A DNA stretch of 64,000 bases from Myxococcales bacterium (GCA_047601445.1 JASGJH010000001.1:7232001-7296000); one strand, 5' to 3'; shown: positions 33,172 through 42,961, counted from the first letter of the stretch. Notes: generated from the sequence alone by a model not told the origin. Numbers and translations are program-made.

Positions 33172-34599
33172 ATGACCGCGCCCATGTCCGAACATGACCG
33201 CGAATCGCCGCTTGGCTCAGCGGGTTCTCCGCCCGAGGCCTGGCAGCGTGCCCATCGTCTGGTGCGGCGCGCGCGCGAACCCATCGAGCGCTTCTTGGCC
33301 ATCGAAGCCGCGAGCGGTCTGCTGCTGCTGGCCACGGCCGGTCTGGCCCTCGTGCTCGCCAATGGCCCATGGCGCCACGCCTACGAGGCGCTCTGGCACA
33401 CGCCCCTCGGATTTCGCCTCGGAACCCTGCATTTCGAGCAGGATCTGCACTTCTGGATCAACGACGGGCTGATGACGATCTTCTTCTTCGTGGTGGGTCT
33501 CGAGATACGCCGCGAGATCCATCGCGGCGAGCTCAGCGGGCTGCGTCGGGCAGCCCTGCCGGTGGCGGCCGCGCTGGGAGGCATGCTGTTTCCGGCCGTG
33601 CTCTATGCCCTGTTCAACCGGGGCCGCCCCTCGCTTGCGGGCTGGGGCATCCCAATGGCCACCGACATCGCCTTTGCCGTGGGAACGCTCGCCCTGCTCG
33701 GCAAACGCGTGCCGCCTGCGCTGCGGGTGCTGCTCCTGGCCCTGGCTGTGATCGACGACGTGGGCGCCATCCTGGTGATCGCGGTCTTCTATTCGACGGG
33801 CTTGTCGTGGCTCGGCTTCTTGGCCATGGGCCTGGGCACGCTGGCCATCTACGGCCTGCAAAAGCTCGGTGTCCGCCCCGCGCTCGCGTATTTGCTGCCG
33901 GGCCTCGTGATCTGGGCCGGGGCCTATGAGGCGGGTGTGCATCCAACCTTGGCGGGCGTGATCGTCGGCTTGATGACCCCGGTGCGGGCCTGGTTTGGTC
34001 CCCAGCGCTTCGCGCAGCACGCCCAACAGGGAGCAGCCCGCCTGGGATCCCTCGACGCAGCCGAGGAGCGCGCGGCGCTCGGGATTCTAGACGAGCTCGC
34101 CCAGGCGCGGCGCGAAGCGGTTTCTCCGGTGGAGCGCCTCGAGCATGCCCTCCACGGTTACGTGGCGTTCGGCATCATGCCCCTGTTCGCCTTCGCCAAC
34201 GCCGGGGTGCCCCTGGGGGAGGCCAGTTTCACGGGCGATCACCGCGCCGTGTTTCTCGGCATCGTGGTCGGCCTCTCGCTCGGCAAACCGCTCGGCATCG
34301 TGGCCTTCTCGTGGTTGCTCGTGAAGCTCGGGTTGGGTGCGCTGCCGATGGGTTTGAGCTTGCGGCACGTCGTGTTGGTCGGGCTGGTCGGTGGCATCGG
34401 CTTCACCATGGCCCTGTTTATCGCTCAGCTCGCCTTGCCCCCTGGCGCTTTGTTGGAGACGGCCAAGCTCGCGATCCTGGTCGCATCGGGTTTGGCAGCC
34501 CTGCTCTCTTCGCTGCTCGGTCTCTGGCTGCTGCCGCGGCGGGCGGGGAGGTCGCGTGACCTCCCCGTGAAGACGCGCCCCGAAGCAAGCACTTCGTGA
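33172..34599 (+). CDS. nhaA: Na+/H+ antiporter NhaA
   Basis: WINDGLMTIFFFVVGLEI, PMATDIAF, LAVIDD, GIGFTMALFI; C-terminus repeat-derived. Confidence 0.95.
   Translation: MTAPMSEHDRESPLGSAGSPPEAWQRAHRLVRRAREPIERFLAIEAASGLLLLATAGLALVLANGPWRHAYEALWHTPLGFRLGTLHFEQDLHFWINDGLMTIFFFVVGLEIRREIHRGELSGLRRAALPVAAALGGMLFPAVLYALFNRGRPSLAGWGIPMATDIAFAVGTLALLGKRVPPALRVLLLALAVIDDVGAILVIAVFYSTGLSWLGFLAMGLGTLAIYGLQKLGVRPALAYLLPGLVIWAGAYEAGVHPTLAGVIVGLMTPVRAWFGPQRFAQHAQQGAARLGSLDAAEERAALGILDELAQARREAVSPVERLEHALHGYVAFGIMPLFAFANAGVPLGEASFTGDHRAVFLGIVVGLSLGKPLGIVAFSWLLVKLGLGALPMGLSLRHVVLVGLVGGIGFTMALFIAQLALPPGALLETAKLAILVASGLAALLSSLLGLWLLPRRAGRSRDLPVKTRPEASTS
34532..34567 (+). repeat. Dispersed element copy D1 (3' half, inside nhaA ORF)
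   Basis: TGCCGCGGCGGGCGGGGAGGTCGCGTGACCTCCCCG. Confidence 0.9.
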
Positions 34600-34675
34600 G
34601 CGAAGCGAACGTCGCGGAGGGGTGGGGCCTGGCGCGGCTTTGCCGCGGCGGGCGGGGAGGTCGCGTGACCTCCCG
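34595..34675 (+). repeat. Dispersed element copy D2 (full; supplies nhaA stop codon)
   Basis: CGTGAGCGAAGCGAACGTCGCGG...GGGGAGGTCGCGTGACCTCCCG. Confidence 0.95.
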
Positions 34676-34719
34676 TAGCTCGCGCGCTCTCCGTGTCTAC
34701 GTGAGGAGCCGGAGGAGGC

Positions 34720-35106
34720 GTGGGCGTGCCCATACAGGAAGAACAACGGCTCCTGAAGGAGCTGCTCACGCAGGTCCCTGCACACCTGCCGGCGCTCGAC
34801 CACGTGCGGGGATCGCTGCAGGTCGACGTCGGCAGCGACTGCCTCGGCGTGATCAGGGTCGAAGATGGCCAGGTCACGCTGTTGCCTGGGCCGGGCAAGG
34901 CCGAAGCAGTAGTCACCACCGCCGAAGGCGGCGGCTTGATGCGGCTCTTGCAAGGGGAGATGAACGCCATCGTGGCTACCATCCAGGGCAACATCGACCT
35001 CGAGGGCGATCTCGCGCTGGCGTCCAAGATCCTGCGCGCTTTGCAGGCCGACGTCAGCATGCGCAAGCGCCGCGAAGCGGCCAAGCAGCGAGGAGCCGCC
35101 ACATGA
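34720..35106 (+). CDS. SCP2 sterol/lipid-binding domain protein
   Basis: GGAGGAGG RBS; LLQGEMNAIVATIQGNIDLEGDLALA is SCP2-like. Confidence 0.75.
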   Translation: MGVPIQEEQRLLKELLTQVPAHLPALDHVRGSLQVDVGSDCLGVIRVEDGQVTLLPGPGKAEAVVTTAEGGGLMRLLQGEMNAIVATIQGNIDLEGDLALASKILRALQADVSMRKRREAAKQRGAAT

Positions 35107-37133
35107 CCCTCAACACCGTCAACGTGCTGGACGGCAACCTCTTCGTGATCAGCGACAACTTGGGGGACTTGGACGCCACGCCCACGGAGAACCACGGACT
35201 GTTCCTGGACGACACCCGCTATCTATCCCGCTTCGTGCTCACCATCGATGGGCAGAAACCCAAGCTCCTCTCGGTCGATGACTCGGCGTACTTCAAGGTG
35301 CAGTTCTTCGGCGCGCTCGCCACGGGCACGGTCTACGTGGACTCGCACCTATCCGTGGTGAGAAGGCGCGTGGTGAGTCGCGGCTTCCGGGAGGAGATCA
35401 GGCTCGCCAACCACGACAGCAAGCCGGTGAAGTTGCGCGTGCGCGTGGAGGTCGGGGCCGATTTTGCCGACTTGTTCGAGGTCAAAGACAAGCTCGAGAA
35501 GAAGGGCGAGTGCTATCGGCGGCTCGGCAACGGCGGGCTCGTCCTCGGCTACCGCCGCGCGACCTTCCAGCGCGAGACTCACTTGAGCTCCACGGAGCCG
35601 GCCGAGATCGACGAGGGCGGCTTCACGTTCGACCTGGAGCTGCAGCCCAAGACCCTGTGGTCCACGGAGATCGAGGTGCGCGCGGTGCGCAAGACGGCGC
35701 GCGGTCTCTTCGCGCCCTCGAGCACGACTCCGGAGCGTCAGGACCTGGAGGTCGATCTGGAGGCCTGGCTCAAGGGCGCACCGCGCCTCTACTGCTCCCA
35801 CGAGTCCTTGCACGGAACCTATCGTCGTAGCTTGGTGGACCTGGCGGCCCTGCGCTTCTCGACGCCGGTGACCAAGGAGCCGATGCCGGCTGCTGGCTTG
35901 CCGTGGTTCATGACCATCTTCGGACGCGACAGCCTGCTCACGAGCTTCCAGGCGTTGCCTTTCTTTCCGGTGCTGGCCCAGGCCACGCTCACCACGCTGG
36001 CGCTGTTTCAGGGCCAGGTGAGCGATGCCTTCCGCGACGAAGAGCCAGGCAAGATTTTGCACGAGATCCGGCTCGGCGAGATGACCGGCTTCAAGGAGCG
36101 CCCGCACTCGCCCTACTTCGGCAGCTCCGACTCCACGCCCTTGTTCTTGATCCTGCTCGAGGAGTACACGCGCTGGACCGGCGACCACAAGCTCGCGCTC
36201 TCGCTCAAGGACAACGTGCGCGCCGCGCTGCGCTGGATCGACGAATTCGGAGACCGCGACCAGGACGGCCTCGTCGAGTACCAGCGGCGCAACACCGAGA
36301 CGGGCCTGGAGAACCAGTGCTGGAAGGACTCCTACGACTCGATCGCCTTTCACGACGGCACGCTGGCGACCACGCCGATCGCGACCTGTGAGATCCAGGG
36401 CTACGTCTACGACGCGAAGTGCCGCAGCGCGCGTCTCGCTCGCGATGTGTACCAAGACGAAGCATGGGCGCAGCGCCTCGAGCGTGAGGCCCAGCAACTC
36501 AAGGAGCGCTTCAACGAGGCCTACTGGATCAAGGAGCGGGGCTTCTTCGCGCTGGCGCTCGACGGTCAAAAGCGCAAGGTGGACTCACTGACCTCCAACA
36601 TCGGGCATCTGCTGTGGTCGGGCATCGCGGACACCAACAAGGCCGCCCTGTGCGTGCAGCACCTGATGGGCAAGGATCTCTTTACCGGCTGGGGCATCCG
36701 GACCATGGGCAAGTCCGAGGCCGCCTATAACCCCATCGGCTATCATGTGGGAACCGTGTGGCCCCACGACACCTCCTTCATCGCCTGGGGGCTGCGCCGC
36801 TACGGCTATCGCCACGAGGCCGCGCGTCTCGCGCGCGCCATGCTGGAGGCCGCCGAGTGCTTCCATCATCGCCTGCCCGAGGCCTTCGCGGGCTACGAGC
36901 GCACGATGACGCATTTCCCGGTGGAGTACCCCACCGCGTGCTCGCCCCAGGCCTGGGCTTCGGGAGCGCCGCTGCTCTTGCTGCGCGCGCTGCTCGGCCT
37001 GGAGTCCGACGGTCGCCATATGATCGTAGATCCGGCGCTGCCCGAGCCCTACTTCCGCCTCGAGCTGCTCGATATCCCGGGAGCCTGGGGTCATATGGAC
37101 GCCTTCGGCCGCGCGCGCAGGCCCCCGGACTAG
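35103..37133 (+). CDS. Amylo-alpha-1,6-glucosidase / glycogen-debranching-like protein
   Basis: GLFLDDTRYLS, AAGLPWFMTIFGRDSL, EPGKILHE, NQCWKDS, YHVGTVWPHD, ACSPQAWA; ATGA overlap with SCP2 gene. Confidence 0.9.
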   Translation: MTLNTVNVLDGNLFVISDNLGDLDATPTENHGLFLDDTRYLSRFVLTIDGQKPKLLSVDDSAYFKVQFFGALATGTVYVDSHLSVVRRRVVSRGFREEIRLANHDSKPVKLRVRVEVGADFADLFEVKDKLEKKGECYRRLGNGGLVLGYRRATFQRETHLSSTEPAEIDEGGFTFDLELQPKTLWSTEIEVRAVRKTARGLFAPSSTTPERQDLEVDLEAWLKGAPRLYCSHESLHGTYRRSLVDLAALRFSTPVTKEPMPAAGLPWFMTIFGRDSLLTSFQALPFFPVLAQATLTTLALFQGQVSDAFRDEEPGKILHEIRLGEMTGFKERPHSPYFGSSDSTPLFLILLEEYTRWTGDHKLALSLKDNVRAALRWIDEFGDRDQDGLVEYQRRNTETGLENQCWKDSYDSIAFHDGTLATTPIATCEIQGYVYDAKCRSARLARDVYQDEAWAQRLEREAQQLKERFNEAYWIKERGFFALALDGQKRKVDSLTSNIGHLLWSGIADTNKAALCVQHLMGKDLFTGWGIRTMGKSEAAYNPIGYHVGTVWPHDTSFIAWGLRRYGYRHEAARLARAMLEAAECFHHRLPEAFAGYERTMTHFPVEYPTACSPQAWASGAPLLLLRALLGLESDGRHMIVDPALPEPYFRLELLDIPGAWGHMDAFGRARRPPD

Positions 37134-38680
37134 GGTCTGTACAGCGTGCGAGCGGGCTCCGGCGTGAGCAGACGCTGCGCCAAGTTCACGAACTCGCACA
37201 ACAGCGGGCGCGTCTCGCGTGGATCGATGATCTCCTCGACCCAAAAGGCCTCCGCGCTGCGCAACGGCGAGCGCACGGCGTTGAGTCGATCGCGGATCTC
37301 GGCGAGCTTGGCCTTGGGATCCTCTGCGGCCGCGAGCTCACTCTTGTAGGCCGCCTCGAGCCCGCCTTCGATGGGGAGCGATCCCCAGTCGCCCGAGGGC
37401 CACGCGTAGCGAAAACGCAGCCGGCTCTGATTCATGTGTCCGGCACCTGCGAGGCCATAGCAGCGTCGCATGATCACGGCACAGATCGGCACAGTGGACT
37501 GATACACAGCAGACAGCGCACGCGCTCCGTGGCGCAAAGTGGCCGCGCGCTCGGCCTTCTCGCCCACGGCGAAGCCCGGGTTGTCCACGAAGTGCACGAT
37601 GGGCAGGTGGAAGGTCTCGGCCAGGTCGATCAAGCGCGTGAGCTTGAGGCACGCGTCGGCCGTCCAACCTCCGCCGTGGTGCATGGGATCGTTGGCGAGC
37701 ACGGCTACCGTGGCTCCGTCGAGTCGCGCCAAGCCCGTGACCACCGAGCGTCCCCACAGGGCACCCATCTCGAAGAAGGAATCGCGGTCGAGCACGCTCT
37801 CGAGGATGGGGCGCACGCGGTAGGTGCGGCGCGGGTCGCGGGGGATGGCCTCGATGAGAGCTTCCTCGGTGCGTTGTGCGTCGTCGCTGGGAGCGATCCG
37901 AGGCGTCAGTTCATACACGGAGTTCGGCAGATAGGAGAGGAAGCGTCGCGCCCGTGCAAAGGCCTCTTCTTCGCTCGCGACCTCGTCGTCCACGACACCA
38001 TTGCGCGCCTGAATCTGGCTCCCGCCCAGGCCTTCCTTGTCGATCTTCTCGCCCAGCGCTGCCACCACCGGCGGGCCCGCCACGAACATCTGCGACATGC
38101 CCTTCACCATCACGGAGTAGTGGCTCATCACCACCCGCGCGGCGCCGAGCCCTGCTACGGGGCCCAGGGCCAATCCGATCACGGGCACGTGGCTGAGGTT
38201 GGCCACGGCGAATTGGAACCCAGGGACATGTGGGATGTATGTGCGCGCGTCCGGATGATCGAGCTGCTTCACCGAGCCGCCGCCGCCCGTGCCGTCCACC
38301 AGGCGCACCAGGGGCAGTCGCAGTTCATGTGCCATTTGCTCGGCGAACGCGAGCTTGTCCCAGATGGCGCCGTCGGCCGCGCCGCCGCGCACGGTGAAGT
38401 CATCGGCCGAGAGCGCGATGGCACGTCCGCCGAGGCGTGCACGACCCACTAGCAGATTGGAGGGCGAGAAGCTCTGCAGCTCGCGACGCTCGTCGTAGAC
38501 CGCCTTGCCGGCCAGGCTACCGAGTTCGCGGAACGAGCCCCCGTCGCACAGACACAGGATGCGCTCGCGCACCGTGAGCTTGCCCTGGGCTCTCTGGCGG
38601 GCGACCTTCTCGGGGCCGCCCATCTCGCGCGCGATGGCCTGCCGGCGCCGCAGCTCGTCTACTTCCTTTTGCCAACTCAC
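37130..38680 (-). CDS. Acyl-CoA carboxylase carboxyltransferase subunit
   Basis: GKLTVRERI, DDFTVRGGA, AGPPVV, DNPGF, IIDPRETR; GTG 38680. Confidence 0.9.
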   Translation of the reverse strand: MSWQKEVDELRRRQAIAREMGGPEKVARQRAQGKLTVRERILCLCDGGSFRELGSLAGKAVYDERRELQSFSPSNLLVGRARLGGRAIALSADDFTVRGGAADGAIWDKLAFAEQMAHELRLPLVRLVDGTGGGGSVKQLDHPDARTYIPHVPGFQFAVANLSHVPVIGLALGPVAGLGAARVVMSHYSVMVKGMSQMFVAGPPVVAALGEKIDKEGLGGSQIQARNGVVDDEVASEEEAFARARRFLSYLPNSVYELTPRIAPSDDAQRTEEALIEAIPRDPRRTYRVRPILESVLDRDSFFEMGALWGRSVVTGLARLDGATVAVLANDPMHHGGGWTADACLKLTRLIDLAETFHLPIVHFVDNPGFAVGEKAERAATLRHGARALSAVYQSTVPICAVIMRRCYGLAGAGHMNQSRLRFRYAWPSGDWGSLPIEGGLEAAYKSELAAAEDPKAKLAEIRDRLNAVRSPLRSAEAFWVEEIIDPRETRPLLCEFVNLAQRLLTPEPARTLYRP

Positions 38681-38742
38681 GACCTGACCGCCTTGTTCTG
38701 GACGGCGTGAGCCTAGCGCAGGCGGCGAAAGGCGCTGGGAGC

Positions 38743-39237
38743 TCAGTCCGCGCCGAGTGCGCGCTCGATGGCTTCGGCGATGTCGGCGTCGTCCGGCGCG
38801 ACCTTGGGGCTGAAGCGCGCCACCACCTGGCCGTCCTTGCCGATCACGAACTTGGCGAAGTTCCAGGAGATGTCTCCGGGGCCGTCGGGCTGGGTGGCTT
38901 GCTTGGTGAGGTAGTCGTAGAGCGGGTCCTTCTGATCGCCGAGCACTTTGACCTTGCCGAACAGCGGGAAGGTCACGTCGTAGTTCGTGCTGCAGAAGGT
39001 CTTGATCTCGGCCTCGGCGGCGGGCTCCTGACCGGCGAAGTCGTTGCAGGGGAAGCCGAGCACTTCGAAGCCGTCTTCCTGGTACTCGCGGTACACCTCT
39101 TCGAGCGCCTTGTATTGCGGGGTGAGCCCGCAGCGCGAGGCCACGTTCACCACGAGCAGGACTTTGCCGCGGTAGTCGGCCAGGGACTTCATCTGGCCAT
39201 CGATGGTCTTGAGCTTGAAGTCGTGGATGGTGGTCAT
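38743..39237 (-). CDS. Glutathione peroxidase (Cys type)
   Basis: VNVASRCGLTPQY, LGFPCNDF, WNFAKF. Confidence 0.95.
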   Translation of the reverse strand: MTTIHDFKLKTIDGQMKSLADYRGKVLLVVNVASRCGLTPQYKALEEVYREYQEDGFEVLGFPCNDFAGQEPAAEAEIKTFCSTNYDVTFPLFGKVKVLGDQKDPLYDYLTKQATQPDGPGDISWNFAKFVIGKDGQVVARFSPKVAPDDADIAEAIERALGAD

Positions 39238-39352
39238 GCTGCTCACCATGCCATGGGGCCCTCAGGGTTGGCCAATGCCCCCAATTTGGCGCTAAGACGC
39301 CACCTTGCGGACATGGGCGGGCGCCCTGGGACGCGAGGAGTCGGGCGGCAGC

Positions 39353-40183
39353 ATGCGTGAATTGAGCGATCGCGTGGCGGTGGTGACCGGGGCGGCCCGG
39401 GGGATTGGTCGTGCCCTCGCGCTCGAGCTGGCCCGGGAGGGCATGCACCTGATGCTGGCGGACGTGGACCCAGCAGCGCTGGGCAGCGTGGCGCGCGAGG
39501 TGGAGGCCTTGGGGCGCCGTGCATGCGTGTCGCGCGTGGACGTGCGCGAGCTCTCCGGCCTGGAAGGGCTGTTGCGGGACACCCTGAGGGAGCTCGGGCG
39601 CTGCGACCTGGTGTGCAACAACGCGGGCGTGTTCCACGGTGCGGCGCTGCTCGACACGCCGAGCGACCAATGGGAGCGCGTGCTCGAGACGAACGTTTGG
39701 GGCGTGATCCACGGCTGCCGCGTATTCGGTGCGCATTTCGTGCAGCAGGGACACGGCCACATCGTGAACACGGCGTCCGCGGCGGGCTTGTTTCCGGTGC
39801 CGGGCATGAGTGCCTACAGCACCAGCAAGTACGCCGTGGTGGGCCTGAGCATGCAGCTGCGCTGGGAGCTCGCGAGCGCCGGCGTGGGCGTGACCTTGTT
39901 GTGCCCGGGCGTGGTCAGGACAGGCATCGCCTACGCCGAAGGCGTCGGGCTCTCGCATCTCGATCGCGAGCTCGAGAAGGCACTCGCGCGCTCGCCTGGG
40001 CCGGAAGGGTTGGCCAAGAAGGCGGTGCGAGCGATCCGTAAGGACCGTCCGCTGGTGCGCTATGGCGCCGACTCCTACGTGTTCAGCCTGTTGCGCGTGT
40101 TGCCGCTGTGGCTGGTGGACCCGTTCGGGCGCTATCTGGGCTGGAAGGCGCTGCGCATCGTGCGCGGGGAAGAGAAGCCGTAA
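39353..40183 (+). CDS. Short-chain dehydrogenase/reductase
   Basis: TGAARGIG, NNAG, YSTSK. Confidence 0.95.
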   Translation: MRELSDRVAVVTGAARGIGRALALELAREGMHLMLADVDPAALGSVAREVEALGRRACVSRVDVRELSGLEGLLRDTLRELGRCDLVCNNAGVFHGAALLDTPSDQWERVLETNVWGVIHGCRVFGAHFVQQGHGHIVNTASAAGLFPVPGMSAYSTSKYAVVGLSMQLRWELASAGVGVTLLCPGVVRTGIAYAEGVGLSHLDRELEKALARSPGPEGLAKKAVRAIRKDRPLVRYGADSYVFSLLRVLPLWLVDPFGRYLGWKALRIVRGEEKP

Positions 40184-40195
40184 GGGGACCCCGAC

Positions 40196-40234
40196 AACGA
40201 CGAAAGGGCGACCTCGCGGCCGCCCCTCGTCGTT
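40196..40234. terminator. Hairpin between convergent genes
   Basis: AACGACGA..GGGCG / CGCCC..TCGTCGTT inverted repeat. Confidence 0.55.
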
Positions 40235-40275
40235 AGCTCAGTGCGCCGGCGTGGCCGGCGATCACCGCGCTGGGA

Positions 40276-41364
40276 TCACATCTTGGTGGGCATCTTGCAG
40301 ACGGCCCTGGAGGGATCCTGCGGATCCTGGTTCTGCAGGTGGAGGTACGGACGGCACTCCTCGTCGGTCTCGCAGCCGACGAACTTGCACTGGCCGTTCG
40401 AGCAGACATTGAAGTTGTTGCCGAAGTTGCCGGCGCACTCGACGTCCGTCTGGCAGGGGGTGACGCACTCCTTGTTCACGCACTTGGAGTTCGGCACGCC
40501 CGTCGCGAAGGCGCACTGGCGATCCGAGGTGCAGCCCACGTCGACGCAGTCGCCGTTCATGCAGGCCTCGAGGTAACCGCATTCTTCGTTGTGCTTGCAG
40601 CCCTCGACGCAGAGGCCGCTGACGCACTGGGTGTCGGGGTACGCCGCGCAATCCACCGTGGTCTTGCACTGGACGCACTGCTGGTCCTGGCAGAAGGGGC
40701 GACTGGGGCTCAGGCAGTTGGCGTTGGTGGTGCAGTTGGCAGCCACGCAGAGCTCGTTGCGGCAGGTCTGCGGACAGACGCAGTAGTTCTGGTAGGTCGT
40801 GCAAGATCCGCTAGCGGGGCTTGCATCGCAGGTGGTCTTGAAGCCGGCGCATTCCTCGACGGTGTAGAGGTAGGGCTCCCAGTCGACGCAACAGTCGGCG
40901 GCCGTCGCGCAGTCCACCTGGAAGCACTGCTTCACCTGGGGGGTCAGGTCCAGCTTCTCCTGGCGACAGATCTGGTTCACGCAGGCAAGCCCGGGGACGC
41001 AGTCGTTGGCGGCGCGGCAGCTTTCACCCTTGACGGAGCGGGTGTCCAGGGCGCCTGCGTCCGTAAGCATTTTGTCCTCGGTACAGACCTGCCCGAAGCA
41101 GCCGAGGCCGGGCTGACAGTCGGCGCGGCGGGTGCAGCTTTCGCCGAGCTTGCCGCCGGAGGTCGTCTTCTCGGCGCCAGCATCTCCGCTCGAGGAACCC
41201 TCGGTAACACAACGATTGTCGAGGCAAGCGAGGCCGCCTCCGCAGTCGTCGCGACGCTGGCAGGACTCGCCTACCGCGCCCTTCTGGGCCTCGTCTCCCT
41301 TGTCACAACCAAACAACAAGAACGTCAGGGTGAAGGCAATGGTTTGAATACGCAGGCTCGTCAT
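40276..41364 (-). CDS. Very Cys-rich lipoprotein
   Basis: LFGC lipobox; GESC-x4-C-xx-GL-xC repeated three times, then CxxxxxC modules. Confidence 0.85.
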   Translation of the reverse strand: MTSLRIQTIAFTLTFLLFGCDKGDEAQKGAVGESCQRRDDCGGGLACLDNRCVTEGSSSGDAGAEKTTSGGKLGESCTRRADCQPGLGCFGQVCTEDKMLTDAGALDTRSVKGESCRAANDCVPGLACVNQICRQEKLDLTPQVKQCFQVDCATAADCCVDWEPYLYTVEECAGFKTTCDASPASGSCTTYQNYCVCPQTCRNELCVAANCTTNANCLSPSRPFCQDQQCVQCKTTVDCAAYPDTQCVSGLCVEGCKHNEECGYLEACMNGDCVDVGCTSDRQCAFATGVPNSKCVNKECVTPCQTDVECAGNFGNNFNVCSNGQCKFVGCETDEECRPYLHLQNQDPQDPSRAVCKMPTKM

Positions 41365-41530
41365 ACTGTTCTCCGGTGTAAGCGTCGGTCTTTCCGCAGG
41401 CACCCCTAGGTGCTCGTGGACTGCCGCACGCCGAAGCGAACTGATGAATGGGTCGCCCCGCTGGGCGACCCGACTGCTGTATAACGCTTTTCAGTGCGCT
41501 TCCACTTTCCGCTCTGTGAGGGGATCAACC

Positions 41531-42937
41531 ATGGGCGCCGATTTTTTGCTTCGCTTTCGACTTCTTTCACCCCTACTTGCGGTGATGACCGTGCTTGGGC
41601 TGAGTGCCTGCAAGAAGACGGACTCCGCTCCCTGCATGGACGGCTTCAGTCAGGCTTGCGACTGCCCCGACGGAACCCAGGGCTATCAGCCCTGCCATGA
41701 CGGTGTCTTGGAGCCCGTCTGCCATTGTGGAAATAAGCACAGCGATGGGGGTGGCGACGGCGACGGCGATGGTGACGGGGATGGCGACGGCGACGGGGAT
41801 GGCGACAAGCCGCCGAAGGACGCCGGTACCCTTGGGGACGGTGACGACGACGATGCCTCCTGCGGCATGCAGACCAGCGAAGCCAAGCTCCGGGAGCGGC
41901 GGCCTGTCGATGTGATCTTCGTGATCGACAACTCGGGCAGCATGTCCGAGGAGATCAAGGGCGTGGAGGCGAACATCAATCAGAACTTCGCGACCATCCT
42001 CGATCAGGAGGGCACCGACTACCGTGTGATCATGGTGTCGGACTTTGGCGACAGCGACATCGAGGAGATCTGCATCGGCGCGCCCTTGAGCCAGACCGAT
42101 TGCCTCAACATCCCCCCAGTTCCGGTCAACGGTACGCGCTTCTTCCACTACGACATCAATGTGCAGAGCACGGACTCCTGGTGTCGCCTGCTAGACTCCT
42201 ACACCACGCCGGATCAACACGCGCTCGCACCCAAGGGTTGGTCGCAGTGGTTGCGCGCCGAGGCCCTCAAGGTGTTCGTGGTGGTCACCGATGATGGCAT
42301 CGGCTGCGCCTGGCAGGGCGGCAGCTTTTTCTCAGGGCAAACCGAGAATCCGACGCAGGACGCGATCACACTCGCGCGCTCCTTCCACATGACCCTGGCG
42401 GGCCTCGATCCGGGGCAATTCGGCTCCTTCGCCGCGCCCAACTTCGTGTGGCACAGCGTGATCGGCGTCGCTCCGAACACGATCCCCACCGCCCCGTACT
42501 TCTCGACCGATCCCGTGGTCGACAGTACCTGCTCCACCGCGGTCGAGACGGGCAACGGCTATCAGATCCTGAGCATGGCCACCAAGGGGCTGCGCTTTCC
42601 GGTCTGCGGTGGACTCAGTTTCAACGAGCTCTTCAAGGCCATCGCCGAGCAAGTGGTGCAGGGCTCGGGGGTTGCCTGCAGCTTCAGCCTGCCGCCCCCT
42701 CCCGAGGGCAAGAAGCTCGACCCGAAGTCAGCAGCCATCACCTATCAGCCCGGCGTGGGCAAGGCAGAGAAGCTGACCATCGCCACCGCTACGACCTGCA
42801 CGGACAAGGGCTTCCTGGTCTCGGGCACGGACGTGGTGTTGTGCGACGCGGCATGTACACGAGTGCGCGCGGACGAGAAGGCCAAGCTCAGCCTGAACTA
42901 TTCGTGCAGCTCCGACGGCATCGTGATCCTGCAGTAA
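41531..42937 (+). CDS. vWA-domain lipoprotein with (GD)n linker
   Basis: LSAC lipobox; MIDAS VIDNSGSM; VVTDD; Cys-rich C-terminal module. Confidence 0.85.
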   Translation: MGADFLLRFRLLSPLLAVMTVLGLSACKKTDSAPCMDGFSQACDCPDGTQGYQPCHDGVLEPVCHCGNKHSDGGGDGDGDGDGDGDGDGDGDKPPKDAGTLGDGDDDDASCGMQTSEAKLRERRPVDVIFVIDNSGSMSEEIKGVEANINQNFATILDQEGTDYRVIMVSDFGDSDIEEICIGAPLSQTDCLNIPPVPVNGTRFFHYDINVQSTDSWCRLLDSYTTPDQHALAPKGWSQWLRAEALKVFVVVTDDGIGCAWQGGSFFSGQTENPTQDAITLARSFHMTLAGLDPGQFGSFAAPNFVWHSVIGVAPNTIPTAPYFSTDPVVDSTCSTAVETGNGYQILSMATKGLRFPVCGGLSFNELFKAIAEQVVQGSGVACSFSLPPPPEGKKLDPKSAAITYQPGVGKAEKLTIATATTCTDKGFLVSGTDVVLCDAACTRVRADEKAKLSLNYSCSSDGIVILQ

Positions 42938-42961
42938 GACGTCCGGGACGTCGGGCTCTAC

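Noticed and set aside
34596..35102. Long N-terminal ORF extensions through repeats (also from 43550 and 45409)
   Set aside because: They arise because the repeat has open frames; better starts exist at 35103, 43667 and 45478.
38743..39237. Selenocysteine in the peroxidase or Msr
   Set aside because: Active-site residues are ordinary Cys codons; there is no in-frame TGA.
37130..39958. 942-aa ORF as a fused carboxyltransferase
   Set aside because: The region upstream of 38680 overlaps the peroxidase and SDR genes in other frames; recognisable motifs begin near GTG 38680.
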